In this document: positions 1 to 13,100 of the stretch, piece by piece
Numbering within the stretch: position 1 is the first letter of the stretch
Layout of the letters: every line of letters starts with the position of its first letter
NCBI RefSeq assembly: GCF_009914755.1
Contig: NC_060933.1
Reading direction: 5' to 3' (one strand)
Source: the human T2T-CHM13v2.0 reference genome, Homo sapiens
Length of the DNA: 64,000 nt
The notes under the pieces: generated by a model
The model's input: the letters and a program-made list of their open reading frames with translations, nothing else
What the model was told of the DNA's origin: nothing
The model's database searches: none
Made by a program: the position numbers and the translations under genes

Positions 1-28
1 GGAATGGAATGGAATGCAATGGAATGGA

Positions 29-891
29 TTCAACTTGAATGTAATGGAAAGAATGGAATCAACACGAGTGTAATGGCATGGATTGGAATGGAATGGAATG
101 GAATCTACCCGAATATAGGGGAATGGAATGCAATGGAATGCAATGGAATGGAATCATCCGTAAGGGAATGGAAAGGAATGGAATGGAATGGAATGGAATG
201 GAATGGAATGGAATCAACTCGATTGCAATCGAATGGAATGGAATGAAATTAACCCGAATAGAATGGAATGGAATGGAATGGAACGGAAAGGAACGGAATG
301 GAATGGATTGGAATGCAATGGAATGGAATGGAATAGAACGGAAAGGAATGGAATGGAATGGAATGGAATGGAATGGAATGGAATGGAATCAACGCGAGTG
401 CAGGGGAATGGAATGGAATGGAATGCAATGGAATGGAATCTTCCGGGATGGAATGGAATGGAATGGAATGGAATGGAATGGAATGGAATAAACCCGAGTG
501 CAATGGAATGGAGTGGAATGGAATGGAATGGAATGGAACAACCCGAATGGAATGGAATGTAATGGAGAGTAAGGGAGTTGAATAGAATCAATCCGAATGT
601 AATGGAATGGAAAGGAACGGAATGGAATTGAATGGAATGGAATGGAATGCAATGGAATGGAATCAACCCGAGTTCAATGGAATGGAGAGGAATGGAATGG
701 AATGGAATGGAAACTGCCCGAATGGAATGGAATGTAATGGAGTGTAAGGGAATTGAATAGAATCAATCCGAATGTAATGGAATGGAATGGAACGGAGTGG
801 AATGGAATGGAATGGAATGGAATGCAATGGAACGGAATCAACCCGAGTGCAATCGAATGGAATCGAATGGAATGGAATGCAATGGAATGGA
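29..891 (+). repeat. Example of the ~850-bp basic modular unit of the array
   Basis: Marker TTCAACTTG...GGAAAGAATGG recurs about 40 times. Where units are complete and adjacent, spacings are 29->892 (863), 4265->5132 (867), 44904->45752 (848), 49142->50005 (863), 53957->54799 (842) and 56802->57650 (848), with the same motif order inside. Confidence 0.8.
219..232. other. Perfect 14-bp palindrome TCGATTGCAATCGA (first of many copies, roughly one per basic unit)
   Basis: The sequence equals its own reverse complement. It recurs near 1839, 2812, 4455, 5333, 5593, 7906, 9068 and onward to 63853. Confidence 0.9.
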
Positions 892-990
892 TTCAACTTG
901 AATGGAATGGAAAGAATGGAATCAACACGAGTGGAAGGGCATGGATTGGAATGCAATGGAATGGAATCAACCCGAGTACAGGGGAATGGA
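836..990 (+). repeat. ~155-160-bp module resembling the chr9q12 Sat III (pHuR98-type) segment; one of many copies
   Basis: Seen: starts AATCAACCCGAGTGCAATCGAATGGAATCG (836-865) and ends CCGAGTACAGGGGAATGGA (972-990). From memory these resemble the primer pair commonly used for chr9 Sat III transcripts; not verified by alignment. Confidence 0.55.
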
Positions 991-1177
991 ACGGAATGGA
1001 ATGCAATGGAATGGAATCATCCGTAATGGAATGGAAAGGAATGGAATGGAATGGAATGGAATGGAATGGAATCCACTCGATTGCAATTGAATGGAATGGA
1101 ATGGAATTAACCCGAATAGAATGGAATGGAATGGAATGGAACAGAACGGAATGGAATGGAATGGAATGCAATGGAAT

Positions 1178-1192
1178 GGAATCTTCCGGAAT
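1178..1192. promoter_or_regulatory. Perfect-consensus heat-shock element gGAAt-cTTCc-gGAAt (representative of ~30 copies)
   Basis: GGAATCTTCCGGAAT matches nGAAnnTTCnnGAAn exactly. Further copies lie at 2035-2049, ~2993, ~4661, ~8086, ~9583 and onward to 59770-59784. The motif match is direct; occupancy by HSF1 is inference. Confidence 0.65.
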
Positions 1193-4100
1193 GGAATGGA
1201 ATGGAATGGAATCAACCCGAGTGCAATGGAATGGAGTGGAATGGAATGGAATGGAATGGAACAACCCGAATGGAATGGAATGTAATGGAGAGTAAGGGAG
1301 TTGAATAGAATCAATCCGAATGTAATGGAATGGAATGGAACGGAATGGAATTGAATGGAATGGAATGGAATGCAATGGAATGCAATCAACCCGAGTGCAA
1401 AGGAATGGAGAGGAATGGAATGGAATGGAATGGAAACTACCCGAATGGAATGGAATGTAATGGAGTGTAAGGGAATTGAATAGAATCAATCCGAATGTAA
1501 TGGAATGGAATGGAACGGAACGGAATGGAATGGAATGGAATGGAATGGAATGGAATGCATGGAATGGAATCAACCCGAGTGCAATCGAATAGAATCGAAT
1601 GGAATGGAATACAATGGAATGGATTCAACTTCAATGGAATGCAAAGAATGTAACCAACACGAGTGGAATGGCATGGATTGGAATGGAATGGAATGGAATC
1701 AACCCGAGTACAGGGGAATGGAATGGAATGGAATGGAATGGAATGCAATAGAATGGAATCATCCGTAATGGAATGGAAAGGAATGGAATGGAATGGAATG
1801 GAATGGAATGGAATGGAATGGAATGGAATGGAATCAACTCGATTGCAATCGAATGGAATGGAATGGAATTAACCCGAATAGAATGGAATGGAATGGAATG
1901 GAATGGAACGGAACTGAATGGAATGGAATGGAATGGAACGGAAAGGAATGCAATGGAATGGAATGGAATGGAATGGAATGGAATGGAATCACCTCGAGTG
2001 CAGGGGAATGGAATGGAATGGAATGCAATGGAATGGAATCTTCCGGAATGGAATGGAATGGAATGGAATGGAATGGAATGGAATGGAATGAAATGCAATG
2101 GATAAAACTCGATTGCAATGGAATGGAATAGAATGGAATGGAATGGAATGGAATGGAATTAATCCGAATAGAATGGAATGGAATGGAATGGAATGGAATG
2201 GAATCAACCCGAGTGCAATGGAATGGAGTGGAATGGAATGGAATGGAATGGAACAACCCGAATGGAATGGAATGTAATGGAGAGTAAGGGAGTTGAATAG
2301 AATCAATCCGAATGTAATGGAATGGAATGGAACGGAATGGAATTGAATGGAATGGAATGGAATGCAATGGAATGGAATCAACCCGAGTGCAATGGAATGG
2401 AGAGGAATGGAATGGAATGGAATGGAAACTACCCGAATGGAATGGAATGTAATGGAGTGTAAGGGAATTGAATAGAATCAATCCGAAGGTAATGGAATGG
2501 AATGGAACGGAATGGAATGGAATGGAATGGAATGGAATGGAATGGAATGGAATGCAATGGAATGGAATCAACCCGAGCGCAATCGAATGGAATCGAATGG
2601 AATGGAATGCAATGGAATGGATTCAACTTGAATGGAATGGAAAGAATGGAATCAACACGAGTGGAATGGCATGGATTGGAATGGAATGGAATGGAATCAA
2701 CCCGAGTACAGGAGAATGGAATGGAATGGAATGCAATGGAATGGAATCATCCGTAATGGAATGGAAAGGAATGGAATGGAATGGAATGGAATGGAATGGA
2801 ATGGAATCAACTCGATTGCAATCGAATCTAATGGAATGCAATTAACCCGAATAGAATGGAATGGAATGGAATGGAACGGAACGGAATGGAATGGAATGGA
2901 ATGGAATGGAACGGAACGGAATGGAATGGAATGGAATGGAATGGAATCAACGCGAGTGCAGGGGAATGGAATGGAATGGAATGCAATGGAATGGAATCTT
3001 CCGGAATGGAATGGAATGGAATGGAATGGAATGAAATGCAATGGATTCAACTCGATTGCAATGGAATGGAATAGAATGGAATGGAATGGAATGGAATGGA
3101 ATTAATTCGAATAGAATGGAATGGAATGGAATGGAACGGAATGGAACGGAATGGAATGGAATGCAATGGAATGGAATGGTATGGAATGGAATTGAATGCT
3201 ACGGAATAGAATGGAATGGAACGAATTGTAATGGACTGGAATGGAATGGAATGGAATGGAATGGAATGGAATCAACGCGAGTGTAGGGGAATGTAATGGA
3301 ACGGAATGCAATGGAATGGAATCATCCGGAATGGAATGGAATGGAATGGAATGGAATGGAATCAACCCGAGTGCAATGGAATGGAGTGGAATGGAATGGA
3401 ATGGAATGGAACAACCCGAATGGAATGGAATGTAATGGAGAGTAAGGGAGTTGAATAGAATCAATCCGAATGTAATGGAATGGAATGCAACGGAATGGAA
3501 TGGAATGGAATGGAATGGAATGGAATGGAATGCAATGGAATTGAATCAACCCGAGTACAATGGAATGGAATGGAATGGAATGGAATGGAAGGGAATGGAA
3601 TGGAATGGAATGATACGGAATAGAATGGAATGGAACGAAATGGAATGGAATGGAATGGAATGGAATAGTTCCGAGTGGAATACGAGGGAATGTATTCGAG
3701 TGGAATGGAAAGGAATGGAATCAACCAGAGTTGAATGGAAGGGAAAGGAATGGAATGGAAACTAATAGAATGGAATCAACCCGAGAGGAATGGAATGGAA
3801 AGGACTGGAATGGAATGGAATGGAATGGAATCAACTCGATTGTAATGGAATGGAATGGAATGGAATGGAATGGAATGGCATTAAACCGAATACAATGCAA
3901 TGGAATGGAATGGAACGGAATGGAGTGGAATGGAATGGAATCAACCCAAGTGCAGGGGAATGCAATGGAATGAAATGCAATGGAATGGAATCATCCGGAA
4001 TGGAATGGAATGGAATGGAATGCAAAGCAATGGAATCAACTCGATTGCAATGGAATGGAATGCAATGGAAAGGAATACATTGGAATCAACCCGAGTGGAA

Positions 4101-7100
4101 TGGAATGGAAAGGACTGGAATGGAGTGGAATGGAATGGAATGGAATGGAATGGAATGGAATCAACTCGATTGGAATGGAATGGAATGGAATGGAATGGAA
4201 TGGAATGGAATGGAATCAACCCGACTGCAGGGGAATGGAATGGAATGCAATGCAATGGCATGGATTCAACTTGAATGGAATGGAAAGAATGGAATCAACA
4301 CGAGTGGAATGGCATGGATTTGAATGCAATGGAATGGAATCAACCCGAGTACAGGGGAATGGAATGGAATGGAATGCAATGGAATGGAATCACCCGTAAT
4401 GGAATGGAAAGGAATGGAATGCAATGGAATGGAATGGAATGGAATGGAATCAACTCGATTGCAATCGAATGGAATGGAATGGAATTAACCCGAATAGAAT
4501 GGAATGGAATGGAATGGAACGGAACGGAACGGAATGGAATGGATTGGAATGGAATGGAATGGAACGAAAAGGAATGGAATGGAATGGAATGGAATGGAAT
4601 GGAGTGGAATGGAATCAACGCGAGTGCAGGAGAATGGAATGGAATGGAATGCAATGGAATGGAATCTTCCGGAATGGAATGGAATGGAATGGAATGGAAT
4701 GGAATGGAATGGAATGGAATAAACCCGAGTGCAATGGAATGGAGTGGAATGGAATGGAATGGAATGGAACAACCCGAATGGAATGGAATGTAATGGAGAG
4801 TAAGGGAGTTGAATAGAATAAATCCGAATGTAATGGAATGGAATGGAACGGAATGGAATTGAATGGAATGGAATGGAATACAATGGAATGGAATCAACCT
4901 GAGTTCAATGGAATGGAGAGGAATGGAATGGAATGGAATGGAAACTACCCGAATGGAATGGAATGTAATGGAGTGTAAGGGAATTGAATAGAATCAATCC
5001 GAATGTAATGGAATGGAATGGAACGGAAAGGAATGGAATGGAATGGAATGGAATGGAATGGAATGCAATGGAATGGAATCAACCCGAGTGCAATCGAATG
5101 GAATCGAATGGAATGGAATGCAATAGAATGGATTCAACTTGAATGGAATGGAAAGAATGGAATCAACACGAGTGGAATGGCATGGATTGGAATGGAATGG
5201 AATGGAATCAACCCGAGTACAGGGGAATGGAATGGAATGGAATGCAATGGAATGGAATCATCCGTAATGGAATGGAAAGGAATGGAATGGAATGGAATGG
5301 AATGGAATGGAATGGAATGGAATGGAATCAACTCGATTGCAATCGAATGGAATGGAATGGAATTAACCCGAACAGAATGGAATGCAATGGAATGGAACAG
5401 AACGGAATGGAATGGAATGGAATGGAACGGAAAGGATGGGAATGGAATGGAATAGAATGGAATGGAATGGAATCAACCCGAGTATAGGGGAATGGAATGG
5501 TATGGAATGCAATGGAATGGAATCATCCGTAATGGAATGGAAAGGAATGGAATGGAATGGAATGGAATGGAATGGATTGGAATGGAATCAACTCGATTGC
5601 AATCGAATGGAATGGAATGGAATTAACCCGAATAGAATGGAATGGAATGGAATGGAACGGAACGGAACGGAATGGAATGGAATGGAATGGAATGGAACGG
5701 ATCGGAATGGAATGGAATGGAATGGAAAGGAATGGAATGGTATGGAATGGAATGGAATGGTACGGAATAGAATGGAATGGATCGAATTGTAATGGAATGG
5801 AATTGAATGGAATGGAATGGAATGGAATGGAATCAACGCGAGTGCAGGGGAATGTAATGGAACGGAATGCAATGGAATGGAATCATCCGGAATGGAATGG
5901 AATGGAATGGAATGGAATGGAATAAACCGGAGAGCAATGGAATGGAGTGGAATGGAATGGAATGGAATGGAACAACCCGAATGGAATGCAATGTAATGGA
6001 GAGTAAGGGAGTTGAATAGAATCAATCAGAATGTAATGGAATGGAATGCAACGGAATGGAATGGAATGGAATGGAATGGAATGGAATGGAAAGGAATGGA
6101 ATCAACCCGAGTGGAATGGCATGGAATGGAATGCAATGGAATGGAATAGAATGGAATCAACTCGAGTGGAAAGGAATGGAATGGAATGGAAAGGAATGGA
6201 ACGAAATCAACTCGAGTGGAATGGAATGGAATGGAATGGATTGGAATAGATTGCAATGGAATGAAATGGAATGGAATGGAATGGAATCAATCATTCCGAG
6301 TGGAATGGAAGGGAATGTAATGGAGTGGAAAGAAGGGAATGGAATCAACCCGATTGGAATGCAAGGCAATGGAATGGAATGGAAAGGAATGGAATGGAAT
6401 CAACTCGATTGCAATGGAATGGAATGGAATGGAATGGAATGGAATTAACCGGAATAGAATGGAATGCAATGGAATGGAACGGAATGGAATGGAATGGAAG
6501 GGAATGGAATCAACACGAGTGCAGGGGAATGGAATGGAATGGAATGCAATGGAATGGAATCATCCGGAATGGAATGGAATGGAATGGAATCAACTCCATT
6601 CCAATGGAATGGAATGGAATGGAATGGAATAGAATGGAATGGAATTAACCCGAATAGAATGGAATGCAATAGAATGGAATGGAACGGAACCGAATGGAGT
6701 GGAATGGAATGGAATGGAATCAACCTGAGTGCAGGGGAATGGAATGGAATGGAATGCAATGGAATGGAATCATCCGGAATGGAATGGAATGGAATGGAAT
6801 CAAACCGAGTGCAATGGAATGGAGTGAAATGAATGGAATGGAATGGAAGCAACCAGAATGGATTGGAATATAATGGAGTGTAAGGGAATTGAATAGAATC
6901 AATCTGAATGTAATGAAATGGAATGGAACGGAATGGAATGGAATGGAATGGAATCGAATGGAATGGAATGGAATGGAATCAACCCGAGTGCAATGGAATG
7001 GATTCGAATGGAATGGAATGGAGTGGTATGGATTCAACCCGAATGGAATGGAACGGAATGGAATCAACCCGAGTGGAATGGCATGGAATGGAATGGAATG

Positions 7101-7184
7101 GAATGGAATGGAATGGTTCAGAATAGAATGGATTGGAACAAAATGGAATGGAATGGAATGGAATGGAATGGAATGGAATGGAAT

Positions 7185-10100
7185 CAAGGCGATTGCAATG
7201 GAATGGAATGGAATGGAATGGAAAGGGTTGGAATGGAATGGAATGGAAGAGAATGGAATGGAATTAAATGGAATGGAATGGAATGGAATCAATCCGAGTG
7301 CAGTGGAATGGAATGGAATGGAATGCAATGGAATGGAATGGAATGGAATGGAATCAACCCGAGTGGAATGGCATGGAATGGAATTCAATGGAATGGAATG
7401 GAATGAAATCAACTCGAGTGGAATGGAATGGAATGGAATGGATTGGAACGGATTGCAATGGAATGAAATGGAATGGAATGGAATGGAATCAATCATTCCG
7501 AGTGGAATGGAAGGGAATGTAATGGAGTGGAAAGAAGGGAATGGAATCAACACGAGTGGAATGCAAGGCAATGGAATGGAATGGAACGGAATGGAAAGGA
7601 ATGGAATGGAATGAAAAGGAATGGAATGGAATGAAATGGAATGGAATGGAATGCAATGGAATGGAATCAACCAGAGTGCAATCGAATGGAATCGAATGGA
7701 ATGGAATGCAATGGAATGGATTCAACTTGAATGGAATGGAAAGAATGGAATCAACACGAGTGGAATGGCATGGATTGGAATGGAATGGAATAGAATCAAC
7801 CCGAGTACAGGGGAATGTAATGGAATGGAATGCAATGGAATGGAATCATCCGTAATGGAATTGAAAGGAATGGAATGGAATGGAATGGAATGGAATGGAA
7901 TCAACTCGATTGCAATCGAATGGAATGGAAAGAAGTAACCCGAATAGAATGGAATGGAATGGAATGTAACGGAACGGAACGGAATGGAATGGAATGGAAT
8001 GGAATGGAATGGAATGGAATGGAATGGAATGGAATGGAATCAACACGAGTGCAGGGGAATGGAATGTAATGGAATGCAATGGAATGGAATCTTCCGGAAT
8101 GGAATGGAATGGAATGGAATAAACCCGAGTGCAATGGAATGGAGTGGAATGGAATGGAATGGAATGGAACAACCCGAATGGAATCGAATGTAATGGAGAG
8201 TAAGGGAGTTGAATGGAATCAATCCGAATGTAATGGAATGGAATGGAACAGAATGGAATAGAATGGAATGGAATGGAATGCAATGGAATAGAATCAACCC
8301 GAGTACAATGGAATGGAATGGAATGGAAAGGAATGGAATGGAATGGAATGGAATGGAATGGAATGGAATGGAATGGAATGGAATCAACCCGAGTGCAATG
8401 GAATAGAGAGGAATGGAATGGAATGGAATGCAAACTACCCGAATGGAATGGAATGTAATAAAGAGTTAGGGAATTGAATAGAATCAATCCGAATGGAATG
8501 GAATGTAATGGAACGGAATATAATGTAATGGAATGGAATGGAATCAACCCGAGTGCAGGGGAATGGAATGGAATGGAATGCAATGGAATGGAATCATCCG
8601 GAATGGAATGGAATGGAATGGAATGGAATCAACCCGAGTGCAATGGAATGGAGTGAAATGGAATGGAATGGAATGGAAACAAACAGAATGGATTGGAATA
8701 TAACGGAGTATAAGGGAATTGAATAGAATCAATCTGAATGTAATGAAATGCAATGGAACGGAATGGAATGGAATGGAATGGAATGGAATGGAATGGAATG
8801 CAATGTAATGGAATCAACCCGAGTTCAATCGAATGGAATCGAATGGAATGGAATGAAATGGAATGGATTCAACTTGAATGGAAAGTAAAGAATGGAATCA
8901 ACACGAGTGGAATGGCATGGATTGGAATGGAATGGAATGGAATCAACGCGAGTACAGGGGAATGTAATGGAATGGAATGCAATGAAATGGAATCATCCGT
9001 AATGGAATGGAAAGGAATGGAATGGAATGGAATGGAATGGAATGGAATGGAATGGAATGGAATCAACTCGATTGCAATCGAATGGAATGGAATGGAATTA
9101 ACCCGAATAGAATGGAATGGAATGGTATGGAACGGAACGGAATGGAATGGAATGGAATGGAATGGAATGGAATGGAATGGAATGGAATGGAATCAACGTG
9201 AGTGCAGGGGAATGGAATGGAATCGAATGGAATGGAATGGAATGGAATGGAATCAACCCGAGTGCAGGGGAATGTAATGGAACGGAATGCAATGGAATGG
9301 AATCATCCGGAATGGAATGGAATGGAATGGAATGGAATGGAATGGAATCAACCCGAGTGCAATGGAATGGAGTGGAATGGAATGGAATGGAACAACCCGA
9401 ATGGAATGGAATATAATGTAGAGTAAGGGAGTTGAAAAGAATCAATCCGAATGTAATGGAATGGAATGGAAAGGAATGGAATGGAATGGAATGGAAAGGA
9501 AGGGAATGCAATGGAATGGAATCAACCCGAGTACAATGGAATGGAATGGAATGGAATGGAATGGAATGGAATGCAATGGAATGGAATCTTCCGGAATGGA
9601 ATGGAATGGAATGGAATGGAATGGAATGCAATGGATTCAACTCGATTGCAATGGAATGGAATAGAATGGAATGGAATGGAATGGAATGGAATGGAATTAA
9701 ACCGAATAGAATGGAATGGAATGGAATGGAACGGAACGGAAAGGAAAGGAACGGAACGGAGTGGAATGGAATGGAATGGAATTGTATGGAATGGAATGGA
9801 ATGGTACGGAATAGAATGGAATGGAAAGAATTGGAATGGAATGGAATCGAATGGAATGGAATGGAATGGAATGGAATCAACCCGAGTGCAGGGGAATGTA
9901 ATGGAACGGAATGCAATGGAATGGAATCATCCGGAATGGAATGGAATGGAATGGAATGGAATGGAATGGAATGGAATGGAATGGAATCAACCCGAGTGCA
10001 ATGGAATGGAGTCGAATGGAATGGAATGGAATGGAATGGAACAACCCGAATGGAATGGAATGTAATGGAGAGTAAGGGAGTTGAATAGAATCAATCGGAA

Positions 10101-13100
10101 TGTAATGGAATGGAACGGAATGGAATGGAATGGAATGGAATGGAATGGAATGGTATGGAATGGAATGGAATGGTACGGAATAGAATGGAATGGAACGAAT
10201 TGTAATGGAATGGAATTGAATGGAATGGAATGGAATGGAATGGAATCAACGCGAGAGCAGGGGCATGTAATGGAACCGAATGCAATGGAATGGAATCATC
10301 CGGAATGGAAGGGAATGGAATGGAATCAACCCGAGTGCAATGGAATGGAGTGGAATGGAATGGAATGGAATGGAACAACCCGAATGGAATGGAATGTAAT
10401 GGAGAGTAAGGGAGGTGAATAGAATCAATCCGAATGTAATGGAATGGAATGCAACGGAATGGAATGGAATGGAATGGAATGGAATGGAATGCAATGGAAT
10501 GGAATCAACCCGAATACAATGGAATGGAATGGAATGGAATGGAATGGAATGGAATGGAATGGAATGATACGGAATAGAAAGGAATGGAACGAAATGGAAT
10601 GGAATGGAATGGAATGGAATGGAATGGAATGGAATGGAATGGAATGGAATGGAATCGTTCCGAGTGGAATAGGAGGCAATGTATTCGAGTGGAATGGAAA
10701 GGAATGGAATAAACCAGAGTGGAATGGAAGGGAATGGAATGGAATGGAAACTAATAGAATGGAATCAACACGAGTGGAATGGAATGGAAAGGACTGGAAT
10801 GGAATGGAATGGAATGGAATCAACTCGATTGTAATGGAATGGAATGGAATGGAATGGAATGGAATGGAATGGAATTAACCCGAATGCAATGGAATGGAAT
10901 GGAATGGAATGGAATGGAGTGCAATGGAATGGAATCAACCCGAGTGCAGGGGATTGGAATGGAATGGAATGCAATGGAATGGAATCACCCGGAATGGAAT
11001 GGAATGGAATGGAATGGAATGGAATGGAATGGAATGGAATGGAATCAAGTCGATTGCAATGGAATGGAATGGAATGGAATGGAAAGGGTTGGAATGGAAT
11101 GGAATGGAATAGAATGGAATGGAATTAAATGGAATGGAATGGAATGGAATCAATCCGAGTGCAGTGGAATGGAATGGAATGGAATGCAATGGAATGGAAT
11201 GGAATGGAATGGAATCAACCCGAGTGGAATGGCATGGAATGGAATTCCATGGAATGGAATGGAATGAAATCAACTCGAGTGGAATGGAATGGAATGGAAT
11301 GGATTGGAACGGATTGCAATGGAATGAAATGGAATGGAATGGAATGGAATCAATCATTCCGAGTGGAATGGAAGGGAATGTAATGGAGTGGAAAGAAGGG
11401 AATGGAATCAACACGAGTGGAATGCAAGGAAATGGAATGGAATGGAACGGAATGGAAAGGAATCAACTCGATTGCAATGGAATGGAATGGAATGGAATGG
11501 AATGGAAAGGACTGGAATGGAATGAAATGGAATGGAATGGAATGAAATGGAATGGAATGGAATGCAATGGAATGGAATCAACCAGAGTGCAATCGAATGG
11601 AATCGAATGGAATGGAATGCAATGGAATGGATTCAACTTGAATGGAATGGAAAGAATGGAATCAACACGAGTGGAATGGCATGGATTGGAATGGAATGGA
11701 ATAGAATCAACCCGAGTGCAGGGGAATGGAATGGAATGGAATGCAATGGAATGGAATCATCCGTAATGGAATGGAAAGGAATGGAATGGAATGGAATGGA
11801 ATGGAATGGAATGGAATGGAATCAACTCGATTGCAATCGAATGGAATGGAAAGGAAGTAACCCGAATAGAATGGAATGGAATTGAATGGAACGGAACGGA
11901 ACGGAATGGAATGGAATGGAATGGAATGGAATGGAATGGAACGGAAAGGAATGGAATGGAATGGAATGGAATGGAATGGAATGGAATGGAATGGAATGGA
12001 ATCAACACGAGTGCAGGGGAATGGAATGTAATGGAATGCAATGGAATGGAATCTTCCGGAATGGAATGGAATGGAATGGAATAAACCCGAGTGCAGTGGA
12101 ATGGAGTGGAATGGAATGGAATGGAATGGAACAACCCGAATGGAATCAAATGTAATGGAGAGTAAGGGAGTTGAATAGAATCAATCCGAATGTAATGGAA
12201 TGGAATGGAACGGAATGGAATAGAATGGAATGGAATGGAATGCAATGGAATAGAATCAACCCGAGTACAATGGAATGGAATGGAATGGAATGGAAAGGAA
12301 TGGAATGGAATGGAATGGAATGGAATGGAATGGAATGGAATCAACCCGAGTGCAATGGAATAGAGAGGAATGGAATGGAATGGAATGCAAACTACCCGAA
12401 TGGAATGGAATGTAATAAAGAGTTAGGGAATTGAATAGAATCAATCCGAATGGAATGGAATGTAATGGAACGGAATATAATGTAATGGAATGGAATGGAA
12501 TCAACCCGAGTGCAGGGGAATGGAATGGAATGGAATGCAATGGAATGGAATCATCCGGAATGGAATGGAATGGAATGGAATGGAATCAACCCGAGTGCAA
12601 TGGAATGGAGTTAAATGGAATGGAATGGAATGGAAACAAACAGAATGGATTGGAATATAACGGAGTGTAAGGGAATTAAATAGAATCAATCTGAATGTAA
12701 TGAAATGCAATGGAACGGAATGGAATGGAATGGAATGGAATGGAATGGAATGCAATGTAATGGAATCAACCCGAGTTCAATCGAATGGAATCGAATGGAA
12801 TGGAATGCAATGGAATGGATTCAACTTGAATGGAAAGTAAAGAATGGAATCAACACGAGTGGAATGGCATGGATTGGAATGGAATGGAATGGAATCAACG
12901 CGAGTACAGGGGAATGTAATGGAATGGAATGCAATGGAATGGAATCATCCGTAATGGAATGGAAAGGAATGGAAAGGACTGGAATGGAATGGAATGGAAT
13001 GGAATGGAATGGAATCAACTCGATTGCAATCGAATGGAATGGAATGGAATTAACCCGAATAGAATGGAATGGAATGGTATGGAACGGAACGGAATGGAAT

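Noticed and set aside
3670-3700. AGGAGG/GGAGGG Shine-Dalgarno-like strings upstream of ATG in the CGTTCCGAG cassette family
   Set aside because: Expected by chance in a purine-rich eukaryotic satellite; downstream frames are repeat artefacts.
8455-8465. AATAAA polyadenylation-like hexamers (GTAATAAAG and GGAATAAACCCG variants)
   Set aside because: They arise by a single substitution of AATCAA or similar motifs and have no recognisable U/GU-rich downstream element. Function cannot be supported without 3'-end data.
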